A DNA stretch of 64,000 bases from the human T2T-CHM13v2.0 reference genome, Homo sapiens. Below are positions 1-15,056 of the stretch, piece after piece (the first letter of the stretch is position 1; every line of letters starts with the position of its first letter). Made by a program: the position numbers and the translations under genes. The stretch lies in NCBI RefSeq assembly GCF_009914755.1, contig NC_060928.1. The stretch is one strand, 5' to 3'. The notes under the pieces were generated by a model. It was not told where the DNA came from, made no database searches, and saw only the letters and a list, made by a program, of their open reading frames with translations.

Positions 1-972
1 AAGAAAGAGATAAATATCCAGGTACAGAAAGGTCCAAGAGCACCAAAAAGATTTGACCAAAATAAGATTACCCCAAGGCATATAATAGTCAAACTCTCAA
101 GGGTCAAGGACAAAGAGAGGATCTTAAAAGCAGCTAGAGAAAAGAAACAAATAGCATATAAAGGAGCCCCAACTTGTCTGGCAACCCAACATACAGGCCA
201 GGAGGGAATGGGTGGACATTTTCAAAGTGCTGAAAGAGAGAGAGGAAAACAAAAAAACCATCATCCAAAAAAACTGTATCCAGAAAAGCTGTCCTTTAAG
301 TATGGAGATATTCAGTCTTTCCCAGAAAAACAAAAGCTGAAATAATTCACCATCAACAGATCTTACAAGAAATGCTAAAGGGAGTTCTTCAATAGAAAAG
401 CCACTAATGTGCAAAATGAGTAAAAAGCCACTAATGTGCAAAATGAAAACAGTGGAAATTATAAAACCCACTGGTAAAATTAAGTACGTGGACAAATCCA
501 GAATCATCTAATACTGTAACTGTGCTGTGTAATTCACTCATAATGCTAATATGAAGCCCCAAAACAAATCTATCCAGACAATATTGCCTACAACAACCTG
601 TTAAGAGATAGGCAATATAAAAATATGTAAAATGAGACAATATAAAGTCAAAATGTGGGATGGATGTGGTTAAAGTGTAGAGGGTTTTAAAATTTTTTTC
701 TTTGTTACTTTGTTTCTATTCTTTGTGACCTGAGATAAGTTGTCATCTTTTGAAAATAATTGGTTATATTTGTAAGATATTTTTTGTAAGCCTTATGGTA
801 ACCACTATGCAAATCCTATAATAGAGTCACTAAAAATAAAAAGTGACAAATTAAAATGTACTACCCATATCACTCTCATAAAGGAAGTAAAAGGAAGGTT
901 GTAAGGAAGAAAAGAGGAATTACAAAAAGCAACCTGAAAAGAAGCAAGAAAATAACTGTAATAAGCTCTCTT
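1..972 (+). mobile_element. Old LINE-1 (L1MA3-like host), ORF1 3' part and inter-ORF region
   Basis: Degenerate ORF1-type sequence (ccccaaggcatataatagtcaaactc, atcttaaaagcagctagagaaaagaaacaaat); collinear with L1 pieces at 8672-12520. Confidence 0.8.
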
Positions 973-1794
973 TATTATTATTATTATTATACTTTAAGTT
1001 CTGGGGTACATGTGCAGAATGTGCAGTTTTGTTACACAGGTATACATATGCCATGATGGTTTGCTACACCCATCAAACCTACATTAGGTACTTCTCCTAA
1101 TGTTATCCCTCCCCTAGTCCCCCAGCCCCCGACAGGCCACAATGTGTAATGTTCCCCTCCCTACATCCATATGTTCTCATTGTTCAACTACCACTTATAA
1201 GTGAGAACATGCAGTGTTTGGCTTTCTGTTGTTGTGATAGTTTGCTGAGAATGATGGTTTCCAGCTTCATCCATGTCCCTGCAAAGGACATGAACTCATC
1301 TTTTTTTATGGCTGCATGGCATTCCATGGTGTATATGTGCCACATTTTCTTTATCCAGTCTATTATTGATGGACATTTCGGTTGGTTCCAAGTCTTTGCT
1401 ATTGTGAGTTAGTGCCACAATAAACATATGTGTGCATGTGTCTTTGTAATAGAATTATTTATAATCCTTTGGGTATATACCCAGTAATAGGATTGCTGGG
1501 TCAAATGGTATTTCTAGTTCTAGATCCTTAAGGAATTGCCACAGTCTTTCACAATGGCTGAACTAATTTACACTCCCACCAACAGTGTAAAAGTGTCCCT
1601 ATTTCTCCACATCCTTTCCAGCATCTGTTGTTTCCTGACTTTTTAATGGTCGCCATTCTAACTGGAGTGAGATAGCATCTCATTGTGATTTTAATTTGCA
1701 TTTCTCTAATGACCAGTGATGATGTCTCTATCTCCTTCAGTTCTGCTCTGATCTTAGTTATTTATTGCCTTCTGCTAGCTTTTGAATGTGTTTG

Positions 1795-2793
<999 letters not shown>

Positions 2794-4442
2794 TTATTTT
2801 GCTCATTAGTTGATGCAGTTTCTTCATAGTGTCAATAGTCTTTACAATTTGGCATGTTTTTGCAGTGGCTAGTACTGGTTGTTCCTTTCCATGTTTAGTG
2901 CTTCCTTCCAGAGCTCTTGGAAGGCAGGCCTGGTGGTAACAAAATCTCTCAGCATTTGCTTGTCTGTAAAGGATTTTATTTCTCCTTCACTTATGAAGCT
3001 TAATTTGGCTGGATATGAAATTCTGGGTTGAAAATTCTTTTTTTTAAGAATGTTGAATATTGGCCCCCACTCTCTTCTGGCTTATAGAGTTTCTGCCGAG
3101 ACATCAGCTGTTAGTCTGATGGACTCCCCTTTGTGGGTAACCCAACCTTTCTCTCTGGCTGCCCTTAACATTTTTTCCTTCATTTCAACTTTGGTGAATC
3201 TGGCAATTATGCGTCTTGGAGTTGCCATTCTTGAGGGGTATCTTTGTGGTGCTCTCTGTATTTCCTGAATTTAAATGGTGGCCTGCCTTGCTAGGTTGGG
3301 GACATTCTCCTGGATAATATCCTGAAGTGTGTTTTCCAACTTGGTTCCATTTTCCCTGTCACTTTCAGGTACACCAATCACACGTAGATTTGGTCTTTTC
3401 ACGTAGTCCCATATTTCTTAGAGGCTTTGTTCGTTTCTTTTTACTCTTTTTTCTCTAATCTTCTCTTCTCGCTTCATTTCATTCATTTGATCTTCAATCA
3501 TTGATACCCTTTCTTCCACTTGATCAAATTGGCTACTGAAGCTTGTGCATGCATCACGTAGTTCTCGTGCCATGGTTTTCAGCTCCATCACATCATTTAA
3601 GGTTTTCTCTATGCTGTTTATTCTAGTTAGCCATTCATCTAATCTTTTTTCAAAGTTTTTAGCTTCTTTGCAATAGATTCGAACATCCTCCTTTAGTTCA
3701 GAGAAGTTTCTTATTACCGATCATCTGAAGCCTTCTTCTCTTAACTTGTCAAAGTCATTCTCCATCCAGCTTTGTTCCATTGCTGGCGAGGAGCTGTGTT
3801 CCTTTGGAGGAGGAGAGGAGCTCTGATTTTTAGAATTTTCACCTTTTCTGCTCTGGTTTCTCCCCATCTTCGTGGTTTTATCTACCTTTGGTCTTTGATG
3901 ATGGTGACGTACAGATGGGGTTTTGATGTGGATGTCCTTTCTGTTTGTTAGTTTTCCTTCTAACAGTCAGGACCCTCAGCTGCAGGTCTGTTGGAGTTTG
4001 CTGGAGGTCCACTGCAGACCATGTTTGCCTGGGTATCACCAGTGGCAGCTGCAGAACAGCAATTATTGCAGAACAGCAAATGTTGCTGCCTGATCCTTCC
4101 TCTGGAAGCTTCGTCTCAGAGGGGCACCTGGCCATATGAGGTGTCAATCGGCCCCTACTGGCAGGTGCCTCCCAGTTAGTCTACTTGGGGGTCAGGGACC
4201 CACTTGAGGAAGCAGTCTGTCCATTCTCAGATCTCAAACTCCATGCTGGGAGAACCACTACTCTCTTCAAAGCTGTCAGACAGGGACATGTAAGTCTGCA
4301 GAAGTTTCTGCTGCCTTTTGTTCAGCTATGCCCTGCCCCCAGAGGTGGAGTCTAGAGATGCAGGCAGGCCTCCTTGAGCTGTGGTGGGCTCCGCCCAGTT
4401 CGAGCTTCCTGGCTGCTTTGTTTACCTACTCAAGCCTCAGCA

Positions 4443-4586
4443 ATGGCAGATGCCCCTCCCGCAGCCTCACTCCCACCTCACAGTTTGATCTCAGACTGCT
4501 GTGCTAGCAGTGAGCGAGGCTCCATGGGCGTGGGCCCCTCCGAGCCAGGCGCGGGATATAATCTCCTGGTGTGCCATTTGCTATGA
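4443..4586 (+). pseudogene. L1 antisense ORF0 homolog, 47 aa, truncated
   Basis: MADAPPAASLPPHSLISDCCASSERGSMGVGPSEPG resembles primate L1 ORF0 (MAGAPPPASLPPCSLISDCC). Confidence 0.8.
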
Positions 4587-4881
4587 CCATTGGAAAAGCA
4601 CTGTATTAGGGTGGGAGTGTCCCAATTTTCCAGGTACCGTCTGTTACAGCTTCCCTTGGCTAGGAAAGTGAATTCCCCGACCTCTTGTGCTTCCTGGGTG
4701 AGGTAATGCCCTGCCCTGCTTTGGCTCATGCTCCATGGGCCGCACTCACTGTCTGACAAGCCCCAGTGAGATGAACCCGGTACCTCAGTTGGAAATCCAG
4801 AAATCACCAACTTCTGCGTTACTCACACTGGGAGCTGTAGACTAGGGCTGTTCCTGTTCAGCCATCTTGGAACCTCCCTCC

Positions 4882-7785
4882 AAACCAAGTAACTATTAAA
4901 GCCAGAGGGAATAATGTAAAGAAATTTTTCCATTTTGTAGATTGGTATTATCAGTTTCTTAAAATATCTATGTAGTGGATTGTAAAAATAACCACTTTAA
5001 GAACAGAATTCTTAATTTTAAATACTACAGAATGTAAGGGCTTATTTGGGTTGAGGCAGGAGCCACAGCTTACTGTTGAATAATCACTGATGAGTATATG
5101 TGATCCAAATGCACAGGAGGTTATTCCTGAGAGAACCATCAGCCTAGTGGACCAGATAAATGTCACTGTCAGGTCTGTTTGCCCTGAAAAGGGAATTCCC
5201 CAACTCTCCCTCTAAAATACCAAGTGGAGCACACCAGATGAAGCAGTTAATATGCTTCATATGTGAGCCATGTGGGACTGGCTTTATAATAACTGGGATA
5301 TCCTCCCACCAAATATACCTATTATCCAGGTCATGGTAAATTTTGGGGTGAAAGGAGCCCCTTTTACATGGGTCTTTCAGAAGGCTTATCAAATTTTCTA
5401 TCCCTCATGGGTATTACAGATGCAACTCCCTGCTGGGAACCCAAACCCTTTTCCAACAGAAAAGGTAAAATGGCCTGGGGAGAAGAAATAATTTCCTGTG
5501 ACCAGAACATAAAAATAATGCACATTAAAAATATTATGAAATTTAAGATGTTTAAACAGGCTTTATGTAAGGTAGTTGTAACCCCTTTACCTAAATGTCT
5601 TATGAAAATGGGTATTATATCTAACAGGGGGTTGTTTCCCCTATCTAGTACTATAAAACTGAAGAGAAATGTTAATCAGACATGCCAAATAGGACCTAGT
5701 AAGATCACCTGAGCCCACAAAGTATAGGGTAGAAGCTGGAGTACGAAGCTCCACTTCATACCCCTTTGTGGAGCATTTACTGGGGCTGAGGGCAAAAAAC
5801 TATGAGTAGTACTTCCCAATGACAATGACTGGACTAGAAAATTTCCACTTGAGGGGCATTTACTGCACTGCTATAGAATGTTAACTAAAGCTACCCCTAT
5901 GCTAATAGTAATAATGGTGCCCCAAGGAGTTCTATGATAAAATAAAAATGGTTTACATAGGATCTTGCTACCTAGAGATACAAGGAGGAGATACTCATAA
6001 GCAGGGAGCCTCTTTCTTCCCTAGGAAAATTTCTGTGTGAGGAGCTACTAGATTCTACAGTGCCTGATAGACAGCTCCCATGAGCTGTTTGGCTTGTGAA
6101 TGGCATTTCCAAGGTAAACAAACATCTTGCTTGAAAGCTGTTGTTCTGGTTAAAGAAGGGTCAAGAAAAATCTTTTTCCTTTGAGTTGTTTGGGTGAAGT
6201 ATGTTTTTGTAGCAAATTTACCTTTCTCTCTGAGTTCTCCAAAATTCGATTGTGATTTTATGACAATATAGTTATTTGCATAAGTTCAATAAGAGTCTTT
6301 TAAACAGAACAATTAGAGACACTGATTCCTTTACCAAGACTTTAACTAAAATAGTACATTTTTAGGTAAAGTTCCAGCAAAGCTAACTTAAAAGAAGCCT
6401 ATATGGCCAATTAATTATTGCTGCATTTTATGCAAATAATCAGGCCAAGTATAATAAGCCTAAAACTTGTTTTGCACACAAATTGGTCTTACTATAATTT
6501 CTCTTTAATAGAAAAGGAAGGCTAGAGAAAGAGAAATTGTTTCAGAGGAAAAGTGTAACACTTGATAATAGATTTCAGCCCTAACTTTTGTTTTTTTGAG
6601 TGCAGATCAAATCATTATTTCTTGGCTACAATAATCCTCTACAGAGTACCCCAGTTTATAATTTTTCTTCATATTTTTAGTTGGTACCCTACTGAAATAG
6701 GTTTCTTTTTCAGTTCTAACACACAATTACTCTTTTGATTGTCAAAATATAAATGTTATTTATCTAGTCTTGTTTTACTTCCAAGGAAACCAAAATTATG
6801 GTATTCTGAAGACCAGAGATGCTAATCTCCCTCATTTGGCATCCCACTGGCCCAGATCTGTTTTTTGCTGCGAGTGCTCTGCTCCTAAATCTATACAAGC
6901 ACTCTCCCTCTAGGCCCAGGGACTGTCATGGAAGAGGTGGGCACATGAGAATCTAAGGGCCAGTTTTGAGGGATAGAATTAGGTCAAGGTAAGACCCTCC
7001 AAATCAAGAAGGCTGGTAAAACAAGCCTAAGCTATTATGTGTCCCTTTTGCATCTACCCCAACCGTAAAGAGTTTTCTGCTTCCTGTAAAATTAAATGAA
7101 AATATTTATTGATGGGATAAAGATATCTTATAACAAAGCCTCCTGGGTATAATGCTCTCAGTTATGAGCTTGCTAAGATCTGTCTATCTATCTATCTAAA
7201 AATTTTTTTTTCAGAACAATGCTTATTTTGTTTGTTTTTTTTGTTTTTTGTTTTGAGACAGAGTCTCACTCTGTCACCCAGGCTGGAGTGCAGTGGCTGA
7301 TCTTGCCTCACTGCAACCTCTGCCTCTCGGGTTCAAGCAATTCTCATGCCTCAAGTCTCGCAAATAGCTGGGATTACAGGCATGCGCCACAACGCCTGGC
7401 TAATTTTTGTATGCTTATGTTTGGTATAGCAAATTACTATAAGTCTGTAACTAAAACAAGCTTACAGTAGCTCAATACGTAGAAGTTAAAAATAAATTAG
7501 TTTTGTAACTTTTCCTTTTGGTTTTTGTTTGTTGGCTTTTTACTTAAAATAATAATTTTAAGAGGTATTGTATGCCTGTCCACATCCATTGCTATCTGGC
7601 CTAGAACAATTAATTGACTATAAGTCTTTTGACTCTTAAGGCCCTTGGCCGTAGGGAGTCCCACTGAGGGCCAAGATGGACCTGGGGCAGGCAGCCATGC
7701 CACCCTGGTGCCACTATGGGTCAAAATAAAGATTTGCTGGCCTTTGATGTTGCCTCTGGCAAATCTTGGCCAGAAGGGGGAAAAT
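4882..7785 (+). mobile_element. ERV1 MER4-group internal sequence (MER4-int-like), 5' part missing
   Basis: 4882-5420 is homologous to the minus strand of ~40800-41520; ends in polypurine tract agaagggggaaaa before the LTR. Confidence 0.8.
7231..7410 (-). mobile_element. 5'-truncated Alu (right arm only)
   Basis: Alu right monomer ending in the A-rich linker; TSD atgcttat(t/g)ttt at 7219 and 7411. Confidence 0.9.
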
Positions 7786-8671
<886 letters not shown>

Positions 8672-9559
8672 GAAAATCAACAAAAACATTAGAGTTAAAC
8701 TACACACTAGACTCTAAACACCTAATTGACATTTACAGACTATTTTACCCAACTGCTACAAAATACACATTCTTTTCATGAGTAATGGAACATTCTCCAA
8801 AATAGATTATATCTTCATCCACAAAACAAATCTCAACAAACTTAAAAAAGTGGAAATCATATCAGATATCTTTTCTGATCAGAATGAAATAAAACTTGAA
8901 ATCGATAATAAGAGGACCCTTGGAAACTACACAAACACATGGAAATTAAACAACATGCTCCTGAATGACCACTGGACCAATGAAGAAATTAAGAAGCAGC
9001 TAAAAAATTTATTGTAACAAAATAGGATTATATTATACTAAAATCTATGGGATACAGCAAAAGTCGTACTAAGAGGGAAGTTTATGGCAATAAACACCTA
9101 TATCAAAAAGGTAGAAAGACTTCAAATAAACAACAAAACAACGCACTTCAAGGAACTAGAAAAGCAAGAGAAAACCAAACCCAAAATTAATAGAAGAAAA
9201 GAATAATGATCAGGCAGAAATAAATGAAAGTGAGACTAAAAAACAATACAGAAGATCAATGAATCAAAAAGTTGTTTTTCTGAAAAGATAGATAAAATTG
9301 ACAAGCCTTTAGTCAGACTGAAAAAAGAGAAGATACAAAATCAGAAATGAAAAAGGAGACATAACAACTGATATCACGGAAATACAAAGAATCATTAGAG
9401 ACTATTATGAGCAACTAGGTGCCAACAAATTGGAAAACCTAGAATAAATGGATAAATTTCTGCATACAACCAACTTACTAAGATTGAGCTATGAAGAAAT
9501 AGAAAACTTCAACAACCAATAACAAGTAATGAGATTGAAGCTATAATAAGTCCTCATCT

Positions 9560-9856
9560 GACTAGGTGTGGCAGCTCATGCCTGTAATCCCAACACTATA
9601 GGAGGTTGAGGCAGGAGGATTGCTTGAGGCCAGCAGTTCTAGAACAGCCTGGGAAATATAGCAAGATCCCATCACTACAAAAAATGAAATACAAGAAAAA
9701 TTAGCCAGGCACTGTGGCATGTATCTATAGTCCCAGCTACTCATGAGGCTGAGGCAAGAGAATTGCTTGAGCCCAGGAGTTCAAGGCTGTAGTGAACTAT
9801 GATCATGCCACTCCTTTTTAGCTTGGGCAACAGAGCAAGACCCTGTCTCAGAAAAA
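9560..9856 (+). mobile_element. AluJ
   Basis: Diverged dimeric Alu with ggaggattgcttgaggccag; no TSD. Confidence 0.9.
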
Positions 9857-10750
9857 TTAATAGTACTACAAAGCTATAGTAACCAAATCATCATGGCATT
9901 GGTATAAAAACAGACACACAGGCCAATGGAATGTAATAGACAACCCGGATATCAATCCATGAATTTACAGCCAATGCATTTTCCAAAGAGGTTGCAAGAA
10001 CATATGACAGAGAACAGACAGTTACTTCAATAAATGGTGTTGGGAAAACTGGATAACCATATGCAGAGGAATGAAACTAGACACACTCCAACATATACAA
10101 AAATCAAAATGAATTAAAGACTTAAATTCAAGACTTGAGACTATGAACCTTCTATTCAAAAAACATTGGAGAAATGCTCCAGGAGATTGGTCTGGATAAA
10201 AAATTTTTTTGTGTAAGATATCAAAAGCATAGGCAACCAAAGCAAAAATACATGGGGTCACATTAAGCTAAAACACTTCTGCACAGCAAAGGAAACAGTC
10301 AACAAAGTAAAGAAACGACCCACAGAATGGGAGAAAATATTTACAAACTATCCACCTGACAAGGGATTAATAACCAGAATGTATAAGGAGCTCAAACAAC
10401 TCAACAGAAAAAAAATCTGATTTAAAAATGGGCAAAAGTTTCTAAGAGATATTTCTCAAAAGAAGATATACTAATAGCCAACAGTATATAAAAAATGCTG
10501 AACATCACTAATCATCAGAGAAATGCAAATCAAAACCACAATGAGATATCTCATTCCAGTTAGAATGCATTTTATCAAATGACAGGGAATAGCAGATGCT
10601 GGTGAGGATGTGCAAAAAGGGGAATCCTTGTACACTGTTGGTGGGAAAGCAAATTAGTATAATCACTATGGAAATCCGTATAGAGGTTCCTCAAGAAACT
10701 AAAAATAGAACTACTATATGATCCAGCAAGTCTACTACTGGGTATGTATT

Positions 10751-11864
10751 TGATAGCAACAGGAGACAGGCAAAGTTCCTAGGCAGACAAGGATGGGTCC
10801 CTGGTGAAACCTGACCTTCAAGCCAAGGACAACCTGAAGCCTGAAAACTGAGCTGCTAGGTCTGGGTAGAGTCCACCACCAGAGTGAAAACGTCCTCAAT
10901 GCCTTTTGGCCAACTGGAATGGTGCTTTTTCCAGGCCTGCCCATGGATCAATCAGCATGCACTCCCCCATTCTGAACCCATAAAAACCCTGGACTCAGTC
11001 TCACAAATGGCTACCCGCTTTGGGCCCCTTCTCACACAGAGGGCTACCCACTTTGGGTCCGCTCGTGTTGAGAGCTTTTCTGTTGCTCAATAAAATTATT
11101 CTCTGCCTTGCTCACTCTCCGGTGTCCACCTACCTTATTCCTCTTGGTCTCAGGACAAGAACCTGGAACTCATCAAATGGTGGGTACAAAAAGAGCTGTA
11201 ACACGCACTCCTGCTCATCGAACTAGGGGTGTGAAAAGACTGCTGGGCATCACACACCCTAGTTTGCCGAACTGCAGGCAGCAGAAACGAATATGCTGTA
11301 ACACGCCCCTGTCCTCCAAGCTGTGGGCAGCGGGGAGAGCTATAACTAGCCTCCATTCACCTAGCTGTGGGCTGCAGGGAGAGCTGTTACATGCCCCCAT
11401 CCACCAAGCTGCGGGCAGTGGAGAGAGCTATAACATGCCCCTGTTTGAGTAGCTGCAGGCGTGAAGAAGCGAAGCAGTTAGGCGCCATTCCCTCCTGGCT
11501 GGCTCGCCGAACTGTTAATACAAAACCTACAACATTTCTTGGGGGCTCAGACCTCAGGACTCCCCGGGCAAAAGCTGTAATGCCCCTTGGGGCTCCGTGG
11601 TTGCCAGCATCGCTGAGCTTTTGGACACCACCAGATTCCCCTCAGCCAGACTCCGGCAACCAACGTGAAAACCTTCCACGGCACTCCCGGTCCAGCTGTA
11701 GGCTGATTGCGGAGTTCCTGTTCAGGTGTGGGATGTGTGAGCCAAATGCAGCCTGCGAGCTGAGGGGGCAGAGTGAGGCCTGCAGGCCCGAGCCAGTCCC
11801 TGGGCAGAGGTCACGGCAGCCGCAGATTTCTGGCTGGTGAAGCGCACAAAGGAATCCTGTAACA
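10751..11864 (+). mobile_element. Solo ERV1 LTR (LTR27/LTR28 family)
   Basis: TG...CA termini (tgatagcaacaggagacagg...aatcctgtaaca), AATAAA ~11088, 4-bp TSD tatt/tact; host L1 resumes on both sides. Confidence 0.8.
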
Positions 11865-12664
11865 TACTCAAAAGAAAGGAAATCAATATATCCAAGAGAT
11901 ACCTGCATTCCCATGTTTATTGCAGCACTGTTCACAATACCCAAATTATGGACTCAACCTGAGTGTTCTTCAGTGGATAAATGGATAAAGAAAATGGGGT
12001 GTGTGTGTGTGTGTATATATATATACACACACAATGGAATATTATTCAGCCATAAGAAAATGAAATCTTGTCATTTGCAGCAACATGAATAGACTGGAAA
12101 TCATATTAAGTGAAACAAGCCAAGTACAGAAAGACAGATATCACATGTTCTGGCTCATATTTGGGAGCTAAAAAAGTTGATCTCATAAAGATAGAGAACA
12201 GATTGATGGTTACTAGAAGCTAGGAAGGGTAGTGAGGAGAAGAGGAAGGAGAGAGGTTGATAATGGGTCGATTTGATAGGAGAAATAAGACCTAGTGTTT
12301 GATATATCAGTAGGGTGACAGTTTAAAATAATTTGTTGTATATTTTAAAATAGCTAGAAGAGAACAATTTGAATGTTTCTAGCCTAAAGAAAAGACATAT
12401 TTAAGATGATACATCTTCTAATTACACTGATTTGCTCTTTAAAAATTATATGAATGTATTAAATTTTCACATGCATCCTGAAAAAAGTATATACCTCCTA
12501 TGCATCAATAGAAAATTAAACTAAAAGATTGGACAGTAAAGAACAGCTTGACAAAGACTATGGTATTTATCTGGCCTTTGAAGGCTGGTAGGGCATATCA
12601 TGATGGTAGGACACAAGAAATGTTTCTATTCTCTCTCTCTCTCTTTTTTTTTTTTTTTCTATAA

Positions 12665-13057
<393 letters not shown>

Positions 13058-13143
13058 TGAGCAGAATCCAATTGCTTTTCTTCTTAAAATCCTCAAACTG
13101 CTTTTCATTTCTCCTGGTATGAGGTTGAAAATTCCTTAAAGAA

Positions 13144-13457
13144 GCCAGGCGCAGTAGCTCATGCCTGTGACCCCAATGCTTTGGGAGGCTGAGGCCTCCT
13201 CAAGCGATCAGGAGGATCACATGAGGACAGGAGTTTAAGACCAGCCTGGGCAACATATAAGACCCTGTCTCTACAAAAATTTTTTAAAACATTAGCCAAG
13301 CAGAGTGGTGCACACCTGTAGTCCCAGCTATTCAAGAGTCTGAGGTGGGGGATCCCTTGAGCCCAGGAGTTTGAGGCTGCAGTGCGCTATGATCGAGGCA
13401 CTGCATTCCAGCCTGGGGGGACAGAGACTCTGTCTCTAAAATAAATAAACAAAAAAA
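13144..13457 (+). mobile_element. AluJ
   Basis: Dimeric Alu; TSD aaaatt(c/t)cttaaagaa. Confidence 0.9.
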
Positions 13458-13469
13458 TTTCTTAAAGAA

Positions 13470-14070
13470 TCTTTTGACCTGGATCCTGCTCCTTTTCTCT
13501 GGCCTTATCTCTCATTCCTCAGCTATATTGAATTTCTCTGTTTCCCATAATTATCATGCTAATGTATTCCTGGGCCTTTTCACACATAGCTCTTCTTCTG
13601 TAGACCGCTCCTTTCTCCTATCACCAAGCTGACTTCTACTTACATTTTAGGGTTTCTTCTTCTAGGAAACTGTTTCTGATAATGTAGTTGCCTCTTTTGT
13701 CCCTTTCATAACATCCTGAACTTCCCCTGGAATAGCACCCGATTTTGTTTTAATTTTTCGTTTTCCTGTTGCAGTGTAAGCTCCCTAATAGCAACATCTA
13801 ACATTTGTGGAGGGCCATGTGCCAGAAACTGTTTTATGCACTTGACATGCATTCTTTCCTTTAATCTTTACAACAAACCTATGATGCTTTATTGTTCCTT
13901 TTTGACAGATAAGAAACAGAGGCAAATGCAGGTTAAGGAACCTCACAGTAAGGGATAAAACTCATATTTTAACCTGATCTGCCTGATTCTGGAGCCTGCA
14001 CCATCATTCCATTGTCGTGCTTGCCACATGGTAAGGATTTAACAGACATTTATTGAATGAATGAATTTGG
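13470..14070. mobile_element. L2 3' remnants with embedded MIR (~13790-14010)
   Basis: L2 terminal atttattgaatgaatgaat at ~14048; MIR-like tttaatctttacaacaaacctatg...cagataagaaacagaggc. Confidence 0.6.
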
Positions 14071-14718
14071 TAAACCTAACCAGGATAGAAGAGGAGCACT
14101 CAGGATTATTGGAAACAAAGTAGGAAAGTTAGGCCCAGATATGGAGACTCTAGGACCCTGAGAAGTAGTTTAGACTGGAGGTGGCTGGGAATAGGGATTC
14201 ATCATTGATAACATTTTTTAAAGAAGATTAGATTGGCAACAGTTCGTATAACTTCTACACAGCTCTTTCTATCTCAACCTTCAACTTGAAAATAGAATAT
14301 GTAGAAAAGGGCACAATGAAACATTTATGAAAAAATATTATTTTAATGCATAAACTTTAAAGGCTGAAATTTTTTTTAACTGAAGATCATATATTCATAA
14401 ATAACAAAAAGTGTATATTTTTTCAGATAATTTTATGGCATGACCATTAAGATTTTATATTTTAAAAACAAGAATAGATGTTTAAAAAATGACTTACTTT
14501 CCACAGGATATTTAGGGGCAAATCATGTCTTATTGAGAATTTAAGTTACAGGTGCTTTATCAAAACTCTTTTAATTTTTTTTTGGCAGATTTCTCTTTTA
14601 AAAATCTTTTCTTCAATCAGGGTTTTAGGGATTGTGTAAAACCCAAAATAAGAAAATCAACTATGTCAATCAGTAACTTGTAATGCTTTCTGCTGGTTCC
14701 ATGTTCACAAGGCAAATA

Positions 14719-15056
14719 CAGTTATACATCTTAACAACAAGGAGACATTCTGAGAAATGTGATTTTTGTCATTGTACAAACATAATAGAGTGTACTTACA
14801 CAAATTTAGGTGGTATAGCCTACTACACACCTAGGATATATGGTACAGCCTATAGCTTCAAGACTACAAACCTGTACAGCATGTTTCTGTACATGAATGT
14901 TGTAGGCAATTGTAACACAGTGGTAAGTATTTGTGTGTATCTAAACATATGTAAACATAGAACAGCTACAGTAAAAATATAGTATTATTATCTTATGGGA
15001 CCACTATGATATATGAGGTTCATTGTTGACCAAAATGTTACAAGGGGCATGACTGC
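14719..15056 (+). mobile_element. Tigger3a/MER7A-type DNA transposon
   Basis: cattctgagaaatg...gcctactacacacctagg...cttatgggaccact...catgactg. Confidence 0.85.

Larger units (their letters stand above)
8672..12520 (+). mobile_element. L1MA3-like ORF2 remnants and 3'UTR (interrupted)
   Basis: ORF 8778-9017 FSKIDYI...WKLNNMLLND; 3'UTR agaaataagacctagtgtttgat...tatgaatgtattaaatt. Confidence 0.85.

Noticed and set aside
396-446. 27-bp-period direct repeat, and the LTR12 ccaatcagca repeats, as a CRISPR-like array
   Set aside because: Simple tandem duplications inside transposons, with no spacers, in a eukaryotic context
1715-1730. L1 internal deletions (here and at 34158) as spliced L1 integrants
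   Set aside because: Junctions show microhomology, not GT-AG boundaries
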